Part shown: positions 1-13,134 of the stretch, in pieces
Numbering within the stretch: the first letter of the stretch is position 1
How the letters are laid out: each line of letters opens with the position of its first letter
From: Nemertoderma westbladi
Lineage: Eukaryota; Animalia; Xenacoelomorpha
Direction of reading: 5' to 3'
Length of the DNA: 64,000 nucleotides
Assembly: GCA_032718475.1 (NCBI GenBank)
Contig: JAUCBJ010001179.1
Coordinates: forward strand, 69,562-133,561
Position numbers and translations under genes: made by a program
The notes under the pieces: model-generated
Told to the model about the DNA's origin: nothing
Seen by the model: the letters and a program-made list of their open reading frames with translations, nothing else
Database searches by the model: none

Positions 1-839
1 TCCCAGTCCGTTTCTGTAACATTTAGAGAAAAGGTAACTTGTGATACTTCTTTTAGTGTTAAATTAACAGCAGATTCCAAATACAGTAACCGTTTTTACA
101 TATGATTTGTAGTTCTCGCGATATTTGGGTTCAAACACAACGTTTTTTGATATTTTACGAGATTTAAAGTATTTTTTATTGAAAAAGCAGACATAACTAT
201 TCCCAGTCCGTTTCTGTAACATTTAGAGAAAAGTTAACTTGTGATACTTCTTTTAGTGTTAAATTAACAGCAGATTCCAAATTCAGTAACCGTTTTTACA
301 TATGATTTGTAGTTCTCGCGATATTTGGGTTCAAACACAACGTTTTTTGATATTTTACGAGATTTAAAGTATTTTTTATTGAAAAAGCAGACATAACTAT
401 TCCCAGTCCGTTTCTGTAACATTTAGAGAAAAGGTAACTTGTGATACTTCTTTTAGTGTTAAATTAACAGCAGATTCCAAATACAGTAACCGTTTTTACA
501 TATGATTTGTAGTTCTCGCGATATTTCGGTTCAAACACAACGTTTTTTGATATTTTACGAGATTTAAAGTATTTTTTATTGAAAAAGCAGACATAACTAT
601 TCCCAGTCCGTTTCTGTAACATTTAGAGAAAAGGTAACTTGTGATACTTCTTTTAGTGTTAAATTAACAGCAGATTCCAAATACAGTAACCGTTTTTACA
701 TATGATTTGTAGTTCTCGCGATATTTGGGTTCAAACACAACGTTTTTTGATATTTTACGAGATTTAAAGTATTTTTTATTGAAAAAGCAGACATAACTGT
801 TCCGAGTCCGTTTCTGTAACATTTAGAGAAAAGGTAACT
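1..839. repeat. 200-bp satellite array (runs off the window start)
   Basis: tcccagtccgtttctgtaac recurs at 1, 201, 401, 601, with a variant at 801. Confidence 0.97.
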
Positions 840-1628
840 ACTGTTCAATTTATTTTATAACGCTCTATAATCTTTTATTAAATAATTGAGCAATAAATAA
901 GTACAGTAGTGTTACAAAATAAATTGAACTGTAGTATTTTACTATATTGCTTCCATAGTTACTGCAATTCAATTTACTGTACTCTTCAACTCCTGATACC
1001 GCCTTTCTCAATGTTAAATAAATTAGTGTTATCGAATATTTATTACGTAACTAGAGAGCCTCTTAACAATATAAACTAATATTGGATATGGAGTTCCGTT
1101 ATGGAATTCGCCTTGCAGACACTAAATTTGCAATAACTTTTGAGTGTTTAAATGGATTTTGCTCAAATTACTTGCAAACCTTTTCTACTTCAGTGCCCTT
1201 TTAATACTTGCAACAAAATATAACAAATTCCACAAATGATTTTATTTTACATTTTTCGCTGTGAAAAACTAAAATCAATGCAATGATACTTTTTTTCCCT
1301 ATAGGAAAAAAGTGCAACTTTTTCTCCCGATATTGGGGTAAATTCAAGTGAAAATGTAACAATTTAAGAATAAAAACTGTAAGGTTTTCGTATCCACGGA
1401 ATCGACCTAAATTGAACTAAAATCAGCCAGATGTCCGTCCATTAACTACATATATTTTTTAATAATCGGTATGAAATAATTACAAAAGTTAATAAAGCTA
1501 ACAAAATAATAAATATACAAACTAGATAAATAAATACTGTATCACAACACAATTCCGCCTCTTTCTTCAAGTCTTGCTGTTTATGGTAACCAGCTGACGG
1601 CGGCCAGACAATTCTTAGGTAACCATAA

Positions 1629-2864
1629 TTAGCTCCGGACCAACAACCTAACAGTTCCTCTTAGTCTCTTCAACAATCGGACCACTTTATCATGGCCCAT
1701 CCCGTGTAGACTCTTCCCGTTAACCGCGAGTATCTGGTTCCCCCGTCTCAATCTACCGTCGTCCACTGCCGCCCCCTTCGCGTAGACTGTCTTTACGTAG
1801 ATAGGGAGGTTACCATGGGGACTGCCGTAACCGCCCACAATAGAGAATCCCAGACCCTCGGAACCCCGCTGGAGAGTTACCGTGGTAACCAAATCACTGA
1901 AAATAAAAGTTAGTTAGATTATATTTGATTTTACGAAAACTACCGAACCTAAAAGGTTATTAAGACCAAGATGTTGCGATCAGTGACGATCTGATAAAAA
2001 AAAAGAAATTCAACTGACCCAGAATTTAACTGTTCGTGTTGTTTCTCAATATTGTCCAACTCCATCGTATCTTGACTTGACTGACTAACTTCTGTTGTTT
2101 TTGAATCTGCGAAATGAAATAGAAACAAATAAAATAGTCATCTAGAAATTCACACAACTTCTTAGGAAGCCAACCACTTACACGAAATTATAAAGAAAGT
2201 CAATTAAATGAATACTGGATATAAACAAATAACTATGTTTATGACTTATTGCTGTTTGTATTGCGTGTGTGTGTGTATGCCGAGTGTTTGTGGCTGTGGC
2301 ATAGCGCGGCCTTCCAGTAAGTAGGCCGAGTTAATATACAATTAATTTACATTTTAGAATGATAATCAACTAATAAACAAACAGCTGGGAAGCAGCACTA
2401 CAAACTCGGATCGATTACTTTTTCCGTGTAATATATTTATAGCTTTATCAAAACCGGCAGTATAGGCCTACAGTGCCGCGCGCAATTACTGTGAAATGTT
2501 AAACAGTTTAGGATTCATTGAGTCAGCAAACATAAATAAATATTTAACATATAAACCTGAAGGTAGGCCTGTTGGTGATTCCTCTTTGTAGTATTCCTTG
2601 GCGTAATCCTGATACAGTCTCTCAAAGTCTCCCTTGTAAACAACATCCTCAGGGTCGGCCTCACTGACAGCACCACTACCATCGGCGTTGGCTTCCCCAT
2701 CCAATGGACTGTCTACAGACCCAGACAGGTCGAGCTGCAGAGACGGGGGGGTTGAACACAAATAGACCCGAGGTGGTGAACGCGAGCTGGAGGTGGTGGG
2801 AACGGAAGGCCACGGATTCCAGAGGGGAGGACAACATTAATTCAGTCATTCTAGAACACCGACC
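1629..2864 (-). pseudogene. Duplicated MPDZ 3' exons, copy 1 (1629-1896, 2019-2106, 5'-truncated/chimeric 2557-2864)
   Basis: Nearly identical to 35859-36944; homology ends at 2753 inside the acidic exon. Confidence 0.85.
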
Positions 2865-3121
2865 CTGGGAATTGTATAATAATAAAATAATATAATAATA
2901 TACATTGACTTTATCTAGTTCAGTTAGTTAATCTCAATCACAAAATAATAATATACACACTCATAATGAATTACCTTTGTAACAATAATTGTCTGTCCCA
3001 ACTCTTTAATATTATTAAATTGCAAATGGCCGGCCGGTAATTCTTGTAAGGAATCCTGGAGAATGGACGGCTTCTTTATAATAATGCAGATACTATTCGT
3101 GAATAAAAACCAAACTGAACT
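2754..3121 (-). pseudogene. Two exons of an unidentified second gene (2975-3121 and 2754-2864) fused to the MPDZ fragment; also at 13024-13391 and 21978-22291
   Basis: 147-nt open phase 0-0 exon (acttag|AGT...AAG|gtaatt) then ttcccag|GGT. Joined translation: SSVWFLFTNSICIIIKKPSILQDSLQELPAGHLQFNNIKELGQTIIVTK-GRCSRMTELMLSSPLESVAFRSHHLQLAFTTSGLFVFN. I do not recognise the family. Confidence 0.55.
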
Positions 3122-3718
3122 CTAAGTAATAAGTTAAACCAGACCACCGCACCGTGAATTATTACAACAAAGCGAAAGTGTTAAAAGTTTAAAGAAAGTT
3201 TAAAGTGATAGAATTTGTGCAGAGCTATATTAATATATTTTCTGTGTCTATAACACAACAAAGGTAACAAGTGTCTGGCCATTGACCTACATTGGAACTC
3301 ACAAGCAACCAACCCACCCACACAATGAACGAAGCACAGTACGTTGTATGTCAGCCCGCCAGGCTGGCGCCTCCTACAACACACGCAGCTCAGCAGCCAC
3401 CTTGTCAATATTGGTTGTAAAATTCTGTTGTAAATATTTTCGAAGTCAATAAATAATTACACTTGAAATGCACTGTAGAGGGGTGGGGAGGTGTTAGCGA
3501 TGTCGCCCGGTGAATCTGAGCGTTTTTGGTGATCATTTCCTTAAAACATATTTTTTATGCTCTATCTCGTGGTGTGGGTTAGAACGCGCGAAAGCGAAAA
3601 TCGATGGTCATTTTTGAAAAAAATCTGAAGTTATTTCGGTAAATTGCGGCTAATTAACGGAAGGGCTTTTGTGTTGGCAATCCAATTTAAATGAAAGGTG
3701 TTCTTCGGATAATTTGAA

Positions 3719-3984
3719 TTAATAACGAGTGCCTTACATAACGGCGCAGTGCACTTAATAACGAGCGCACTGCATAACGGCGCAGTGCACTTAATAACGA
3801 GTGCCCTACATAACGGCACAATGCAATTAATAACGAGTGCCCTACATAACAGCACAGTGCACTTAATAACGAGTGCACTGCATAACGGCACAGTGCACTT
3901 TATAACGGCGCAGTGCACTTCATAAAGGTGTAGTGCACTTCATAAAGGTGTTAGTAATGCACTTCATAACGATGCAGTGCACTA
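3719..3984. repeat. 36-bp minisatellite (aataacgagtgccctacataacggcacagtgcactt); also at about 13986-14251, 23009-23331, 29763-30085
   Basis: Directly visible; explains the 12-aa periodic VIKCTVPLCRAL ORFs. Confidence 0.9.
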
Positions 3985-5469
3985 AATGTTATATGCTTTT
4001 CTATATGCTATGATATATGTTATATGTTATGCTATAGTACATGCTATGTTATATGCTATTCTATATGCTATGCTATATGTTATATGCTATAAGCTATATG
4101 TTATATGTTATGCTATAGTACATGCTATGCTATATGCTTTATGCTATATGCTTTATGCTATATGCTTTATGCTATATGCTATATGCTATGCTGTATGCTA
4201 TATGCTATACTATATGCTATGCTATATGCTATATGTTATATGTTATGCTATAGTACATGCTATGCTATATGCTTTATGTTATATGATATATGCTATATGA
4301 TATATGCTATATGCTATGCTATATGCTATATGCGATTTGCTATAAGCTATATGTTATATGTTATGCTATAGTACATGCTATGCTATATGCTATATGCTAT
4401 TCTATATGCTATGCTATATGCTATGCTATATGCTATGCTACATGCTATATGCGATTTGCTATAAGCTATATGTTATATGTTATGCTATAGTACATGCTAT
4501 GATATATGCTATGCTATATGCTATGCTATATGCTATGCTATATGCTATGCTATATGCTATGCTATATGCTATGCTATATGCTATGCTATATGCTATGCTA
4601 TATGCTATGCTATATGCTATGCTATATGCTATGCTATATGATATGCTATATGCTATGCTATATGCTATGCTATATGCTATGCTATATGCTATGCTATATG
4701 ATATGCTATATGCTATGCTATATGCTATGCTATATGCTATGCTATATTTTATATGTTATGCTATAGTACATGCTATGCTATATGCTTTATGTTATATGCT
4801 ATATGCTATATGCTATATGATATATGCTATATGCTATGCTATATGCTATAATCTATTTGCTATAAGCTATATGTTATATGTTATGCTATAGTACATGCTA
4901 TGATATAGGCTATATGCTATGCTATATGCTATGCTATATGCTATATGCTATGCTATATGCTATGCTATATGCTATGCTATATGCTATATGCGATTTGCTA
5001 TAAGCTATATGTTATATGTTATGCTATAGTACATGCTATGCTATATGCTTTATGCTATATGCTATGTTATATGCTATTCTATATGCTATGCTATATGCTA
5101 TGCTATATGCTATGCTATATGCTATGCTATATGCTATGCTATACGCTATGCTATACGCTATGCTATACGCTATGCTATGATATGCTATGCTATGCTATGC
5201 TATGCTATGCTATGCTATGCTATGCTATGCTATGCTATGCTATGCTATGCTATGCTATGCTATGCTATGCTATGCTATGCTATGCTATGCTATGCTATGC
5301 TATGCTATGCTATGCTATGCTATGCTATGCTATGCTATGCTATGCTATGCTATGCTATGCTATGCTATGTTATGCTATGCTATGCTATGCTATGCTATGC
5401 TTTGCTATGCTATGCTATGCTATGCTATGCTATGCTATGCTATGATATGCTATGCTATGCTATGCTATG
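3985..5469. repeat. Compound ATGCT/ATGCTAT microsatellite ending in nearly pure (ATGCT)n; also at about 14253-15737 and, shorter and more degenerate, 23332-23966 and 30086-30720
   Basis: Directly visible 5-, 7- and 12-bp periodicities. Confidence 0.95.
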
Positions 5470-7569
5470 TTTGTCAAAATGTCATTTTGAAATTTTGACA
5501 TGTCATTTTGCAAAAATGTCATTTTCAAAATGAAATTATGAAATGTCATTTTGTCAAAATGTCAATGTGTCAATATGTCACTTTCAAATTGACACTTTGA
5601 CATGTCTTTTTGTCAAAATGTCACTTTCGAATTGACATTTTGATGTGTCATTTTGCCAAAAAGTCTCTTTCAAATTGACACTTTGACATGTCTTTTTGTG
5701 AAAATGTCACTTTCTAATTGACACTTTGACATGTCATTTTGTCAAAATGTCACTTTCAAATTGACACTTCACATGTCTTTTTGTCAAAATGTCACCTTCG
5801 AATTGACATTTCGATGTGTCATTTTGTCAAAATGTCACTTTCAAATTGACACTTCACATGTCTTTTTGTCAAAATGTCACCTTCGAATTGACATTTCGAT
5901 GTGTCATTTTGCCAAAATGTCACTTTCAAATTGACACTTTGACATGTCATTTTGTCAAAATGTCACTTTCGAATTGACATTATAACATGTATCATTTTGT
6001 CAAAATGTCATTGTGTCAAAATGTCACTTGACATGTCATTTTGCCAAAATGTCATTTTTAAATTGACATTTGCCATTTTGACATGTCATTTTGCCAAAAT
6101 TTCATTTACAAATTGACATTTTGACATGTCATTTTGGCAAAATGTCATTTTCAAATTGACATTTTGTCATTTTGTCGAAATGTCATTTTGAAATTGACAT
6201 TTTGACATGTCATTTTGCCAAAATGTCATTTTAAATTGACATTTGACATTTTGACATGTCATTTTGCCAAAATGTCATTTTCAAATTGTCATTTTGTCAT
6301 TTTGTCGAAATGTCATTTTGAAATTGACATTTTGACGTCATTTTGCCAAAATGTCATTTTTAAATTGACATTTGACATTTTGACATGTCATTTTGCCAAA
6401 ATTTCATTTACAAATTGACATTTTGACATGTCATTTTGCCAAAATGTCATTTTGAAATTGACATTTTGACATGTCATTTTGTCAAAATGTCATTTTCAAA
6501 TTGACATTTTGGCATGTCATTTTGGCAAAATGTCATTTTCAAATTGACATTTTGTCATTTTGTCGAAATGTCATTTTGAATTTGACATTTTGACATGTCA
6601 TTTTGCCAAAATGTCATTTTAAATTGACATTTGACATTTTGACATGTCATTTTGCCAAATTGTCATTTTCAAATTGACATTTTGACATGTCATTTTGCCA
6701 AAATGTCATTTTGAAATTGACATTTTGACATGTCATTTTGCCAAAATGTCATTTTTAAATTGACATTTGACATTTTGACATGTCATTTTGCCAAAATGTC
6801 ATTTTCAAATTGACATTTTGACATGTCATTTTGCCAAAATGTCATTTTCAAATTGACATTTTGACATGTCATTTTGCCAAAATGTCATTTTGAAATTGAC
6901 ATTTTGACATGTCATTTTGCCAAAATGTCATTTTTAAATTGACATTTGACATTTTGACTTTTGTCAAAATGTCAAATGTCAATTTAAAAATCATTTTGCC
7001 AAAATGTCATTTTCAAATTGACATTTTGACATGTCATTTTGCCAAAATGTCATTTTGAAATTGACATTTTGACATGTCATTTTGCCAAAATGTCATTTTT
7101 AAATTGACATTTGACATTTTGACATGTCATTTTGCCAAAATGTCATTTTCAAATTGACATTTTGACATGTCATTTTGCCAAAATGTCATTTTGAAATTGA
7201 CATTTTGACATGTCATTTTGCCAAAATGTCATTTTTTTATTGACATTTGACATTTTGACATGTCATTTTGCCAAAATGTCATTTTCAAATTAACATTTTG
7301 ACATGTCATTTTGGCAAAATGTCATTTTCAAATTGACATTTTGTCATTTTGTCGAAATGTCATTTTGAAATTGACATTTTGACATGTCATTTTGCCAAAA
7401 TGTCATTTTTAAATTGACATTTGACATTTTGACATGTCATTTTGCCAAAATGTCATTTTCAAATTGACATTTTGACATGTCATTTTGCCAAAATGTCATT
7501 TTGAAATTGACATTTTGACATGTCATTTTGCCAAAATGTCATTTTTAAATTGAGATTTTGAAATGTCAT
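5470..7569. repeat. About 43-bp quasi-palindromic satellite (aaattgacattttgacatgtcattttgccaaaatgtcattttc); also at 15738-17837, 23967-26779, 30721-33533
   Basis: Directly visible; built from TGACA/TGTCA half-sites around the palindrome TGACATGTCA. Confidence 0.95.
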
Positions 7570-10500
7570 AGATTTATTGTTCTCACGATATTTGGGTTCA
7601 AACACAACGTTTTTTTGATATTTTACGAGATTTATGGTATTTTTTATTGAAAAAGCAGACATAGCTATTCCCAGCCCGTTTCTGTAACATTTAGAGAAAA
7701 GTTAACTTGTGATACTTCTTTTAGTGTTAAATTAACAGCAGATTCCAAATTCAGTAACCGTTTTTACATATGATTTGTAGTTCTCGCGATATTTGGGTTC
7801 AAACACAACTTTTTTTGATATTTTACGAGATTTAAAGTATTTTTTATTGAAAAAGCAGACATAACTATTCCCAGTCCGTTTCTGTAACATTTAGAGAAAA
7901 GTTAACTTGTGATACTTCTTTTAGTGTTAAATTAACAGCAGATTCCAAATTCAGTAACCGTTTTTACATATGATTTGTAGTTCTCGCGATATTTGGATTC
8001 AAACACAACGTTTTTTGATATTTTACGAGATTTAAAGTATTTTTTATTGAAAAAGCAGACATAACTATTCCCAGTCCGTTTCTATAACATTTAGAGAAAA
8101 GGTAACTTGTGATACTTCTTTTAGTGTTAAATTAACAGCAGATTCCAAATACAGTAACCGTTTTTACATATGATTTGTAGTTCTCGCGATATTTCGGTTC
8201 AAACACAACGTTTTTTGATATTTTACGAAATTTAAGGTATTTTTTATTGAAAAAGCAGACATAACTATTCCAAGTCCGTTTTTGTAACATTTAGAGAAAA
8301 GATAACTTGTGATACTTCTTTTAGTGTTAAATTAACAGCAGATTCCAAATTCAGTAACCGTTTTTACATATGATTTGTAGTTCTCGCGATATTTGGGTTC
8401 AAACACAACTTTTTTTGATATTTTACGAGATTTAAAGTATTTTTTATTGAAAAAGCAGACATAACTATTCCCAGTCCGTTTCTGTAACATTTAGAGAAAA
8501 GTTAACTTGTGATACTTCTTTTAGTGTTAAATTAACAGCAGATTCCAAATTCAGTAACCGTTTTTACATATGATTTGTAGTTCTCGCGATATTTGGATTC
8601 AAACACAACGTTTTTTGATATTTTACGAGATTTAAAGTATTTTTTATTGAAAAAGCAGACATAACTATTCCCAGTCCGTTTCTATAACATTTAGAGAAAA
8701 GGTAACTTGTGATACTTCTTTTAGTGTTAAATTAACAGCAGATTCCAAATACAGTAACCGTTTTTACATATGATTTGTAGTTCTCGCGATATTTCGGTTC
8801 AAACACAACGTTTTTTGATATTTTACGAAATTTAAGGTATTTTTTATTGAAAAAGCAGACATAACTATTCCAAGTCCGTTTTTGTAACATTTAGAGAAAA
8901 GATAACTTGTGATACTTCTTTTAGTGTTAAATTAACAGCAGATTCCAAATTCAGTAACCGTTTTTACATATGATTTGTAGTTCTCGCGATATTTGGGTTC
9001 AAACACAACGTTTTTTGATATTTTACGAGATTTAAAGTATTTTTTATTGAAAAAGCAGACATAACTATTCCCAGTCCGTTTCTGTAACATTTAGAGAAAA
9101 GGTAACTTGTGATACTTCTTTTAGTGTTAAATTAACAGCAGATTCCAAATTCAGTAACCGTTTTTACATATGATTTGTAGTTCTCGCGATATTTGGATTC
9201 AAACACAACGTTTTTTGATATTTTACGAGATTTAAAGTATTTTTTATTGAAAAAGCAGACATAACTATTCCCAGTCCGTTTCTATAACATTTAGAGAAAA
9301 GGTAACTTGTGATACTTCTTTTAGTGTTAAATTAACAGCAGATTCCAAATACAGTAACCGTTTTTACATATGATTTGTAGTTCTCGCGATATTTCGGTTC
9401 AAACACAACGTTTTTTGATATTTTACGAAATTTAAGGTATTTTTTATTGAAAAAGCAGACATAACTATTCCAAGTCCGTTTTTGTAACATTTAGAGAAAA
9501 GATAACTTGTGATACTTCTTTTAGTGTTAAATTAACAGCAGATTCCAAATTCAGTAACCGTTTTTACATATGATTTGTAGTTCTCGCGATATTTGGGTTC
9601 AAACACAACTTTTTTTGATATTTTACGAGATTTAAAGTATTTTTTATTGAAAAAGCAGACATAACTATTCCCAGTCCGTTTCTGTAACATTTAGAGAAAA
9701 GTTAACTTGTGATACTTCTTTTAGTGTTAAATTAACAGCAGATTCCAAATTCAGTAACCGTTTTTACATATGATTTGTAGTTCTCGCGATATTTGGATTC
9801 AAACACAACGTTTTTTGATATTTTACGAGATTTAAAGTATTTTTTATTGAAAAAGCAGACATAACTATTCCCAGTCCGTTTCTATAACATTTAGAGAAAA
9901 GGTAACTTGTGATACTTCTTTTAGTGTTAAATTAACAGCAGATTCCAAATACAGTAACCGTTTTTACATATGATTTGTAGTTCTCGCGATATTTCGGTTC
10001 AAACACAACGTTTTTTGATATTTTACGAAATTTAAGGTATTTTTTATTGAAAAAGCAGACATAACTATTCCAAGTCCGTTTTTGTAACATTTAGAGAAAA
10101 GATAACTTGTGATACTTCTTTTAGTGTTAAATTAACAGCAGATTCCAAATTCAGTAACCGTTTTTACATATGATTTGTAGTTCTCGCGATATTTGGGTTC
10201 AAACACAACTTTTTTTGATATTTTACGAGATTTAAAGTATTTTTTATTGAAAAAGCAGACATAACTATTCCCAGTCCGTTTCTGTAACATTTAGAGAAAA
10301 GTTAACTTGTGATACTTCTTTTAGTGTTAAATTAACAGCAGATTCCAAATTCAGTAACCGTTTTTACATATGATTTGTAGTTCTCGCGATATTTGGATTC
10401 AAACACAACGTTTTTTGATATTTTACGAGATTTAAAGTATTTTTTATTGAAAAAGCAGACATAACTATTCCCAGTCCGTTTCTATAACATTTAGAGAAAA

Positions 10501-11107
10501 GGTAACTTGTGATACTTCTTTTAGTGTTAAATTAACAGCAGATTCCAAATACAGTAACCGTTTTTACATATGATTTGTAGTTCTCGCGATATTTCGGTTC
10601 AAACACAACGTTTTTTGATATTTTACGAAATTTAAGGTATTTTTTATTGAAAAAGCAGACATAACTATTCCAAGTCCGTTTTTGTAACATTTAGAGAAAA
10701 GATAACTTGTGATACTTCTTTTAGTGTTAAATTAACAGCAGATTCCAAATTCAGTAACCGTTTTTACATATGATTTGTAGTTCTCGCGATATTTCGGTTC
10801 AAACACAACGTTTTTTGATATTTTACGAAATTTAAGGTATTTTTTATTGAAAAAGCAGACATAACTATTCCAAGTCCGTTTCTGTAACATTTAGAGAAAA
10901 GATAACTTGTGATACTTCTTTTAGTGTTAAATTAACAGCAGATTCCAAATTCAGTAACCGTTTTTACATATGATTTGTAGTTCTCGCGATATTTCGGTTC
11001 AAACACAACGTTTTTTGATATTTTACGAAATTTAAGGTATTTTTTATTGAAAAAGCAGACATAACTGTTCCGAGTCCGTTTCTGTAACATTTAGAGAAAA
11101 GGTAACT
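7570..11107. repeat. 200-bp satellite, about 17.7 monomers, with a 600-bp higher-order repeat
   Basis: Exact 200-bp period; three variant monomers cycle. Confidence 0.97.
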
Positions 11108-11898
11108 ACTGTTCAATTTATTTTATAACGCTCTATAATCTTTTATTAAATAATTGAGCAATAAATAAGTACAGTAGTGTTACAAAATAAATTGAACTGT
11201 AGTATTTTACTATATTGCTTCCATAGTTACTGCAATTCAATTTACTGTACTCTTCAACTCCTGATACCGCCTTTCTCAATGTTAAATAAATTAGTGTTAT
11301 CGAATATTTATTACGTAACTAGAGAGCCTCTTAACAATATAAACTAATATTGGATATGGAGTTCCGTTATGGAATTCGCCTTGCAGACACTAAATTTGCA
11401 ATAACTTTTGAGTGTTTAAATGGATTTTGCTCAAATTACTTGCAAACCTTTTCTACTTCAGTGCTCTTTTAATACTTGCAACAAAATATAACAAATTCCA
11501 CAAATGATTTTATTTTACATTTTTCGCTGTGAAAAAAACTAAAATCAATGCAATGATACTTTTTTTCCCTATAGGAAAAAAGTGCAACTTTTTCTCCCGA
11601 TATTGGGGTAAATTCAAGTGAAAATGTAACAATTTAAGAATAAAAACTGTAAGGTTTTCGTATCCACGGAATCGACCTAAATTGAACTAAAATCAGCCAG
11701 ATGTCCGTCCATTAACTACATATATTTTTTAATAATCGGTATGAAATAATTACAAAAGTTAATAAAGCTAACAAAATAATAAATATACAAACTAGATAAA
11801 TAAATACTGTATCACAACACAATTCCGCCTCTTTCTTCAAGTCTTGCTGTTTATGGTAACCAGCTGACGGCGGCCAGACAATTCTTAGGTAACCATAA

Positions 11899-13134
11899 TT
11901 AGCTCCGGACCAACAACCTAACAGTTCCTCTTAGTCTCTTCAACAATCGGACCACTTTATCATGGCCCATCCCGTGTAGACTCTTCCCGTTAACCGCGAG
12001 TATCTGGTTCCCCCGTCTCAATCTACCGTCGTCCACTGCCGCCCCCTTCGCGTAGACTGTCTTTACGTAGATAGGGAGGTTACCATGGGGACTGCCGTAA
12101 CCGCCCACAATAGAGAATCCCAGACCCTCGGAACCCCGCTGGAGAGTTACCGTGGTAACCAAATCACTGAAAATAAAAGTTAGTTAGATTATATTTGATT
12201 TTACGAAAACTACCGAACCTAAAAGGTTATTAAGACCAAGATGTTGCGATCAGTGACGATCTGATAAAAAAAAAGAAATTCAACTGACCCAGAATTTAAC
12301 TGTTCGTGTTGTTTCTCAATATTGTCCAACTCCATCGTATCTTGACTTGACTGACTAACTTCTGTTGTTTTTGAATCTGCGAAATGAAATAGAAACAAAT
12401 AAAATAGTCATCTAGAAATTCACACAACTTCTTAGGAAGCCAACCACTTACACGAAATTATAAAGAAAGTCAATTAAATGAATACTGGATATAAACAAAT
12501 AACTATGTTTATGACTTATTGCTGTTTGTATTGCGTGTGTGTGTGTATGCCGAGTGTTTGTGGCTGTGGCATAGCGCGGCCTTCCAGTAAGTAGGCCGAG
12601 TTAATATACAATTAATTTACATTTTAGAATGATAATCAACTAATAAACAAACAGCTGGGAAGCAGCACTACAAACTCGGATCGATTACTTTTTCCGTGTA
12701 ATATATTTATAGCTTTATCAAAACCGGCAGTATAGGCCTACAGTGCCGCGCGCAATTACTGTGAAATGTTAAACAGTTTAGGATTCATTGAGTCAGCAAA
12801 CATAAATAAATATTTAACATATAAACCTGAAGGTAGGCCTGTTGGTGATTCCTCTTTGTAGTATTCCTTGGCGTAATCCTGATACAGTCTCTCAAAGTCT
12901 CCCTTGTAAACAACATCCTCAGGGTCGGCCTCACTGACAGCACCACTACCATCGGCGTTGGCTTCCCCATCCAATGGACTGTCTACAGACCCAGACAGGT
13001 CGAGCTGCAGAGACGGGGGGGTTGAACACAAATAGACCCGAGGTGGTGAACGCGAGCTGGAGGTGGTGGGAACGGAAGGCCACGGATTCCAGAGGGGAGG
13101 ACAACATTAATTCAGTCATTCTAGAACACCGACC
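11899..13134 (-). pseudogene. Duplicated MPDZ 3' exons, copy 2 (11899-12166, 12289-12376, 12827-13134)
   Basis: Matches copy 1 at offset 10270. Confidence 0.85.

Noticed and set aside
3357-3369. CGCCAGGCTGGCG hairpin as a Helitron 3' terminus
   Set aside because: No CTRR at the expected distance on either strand.
3631-3918. Cys-rich VIKCTVPLCRAL ORF in each unit
   Set aside because: Translation of the 36-bp minisatellite; no splice or homology support.
3986-5533. MLCYA-type ORFs here and in the other units
   Set aside because: Translations of the ATGCT microsatellite.
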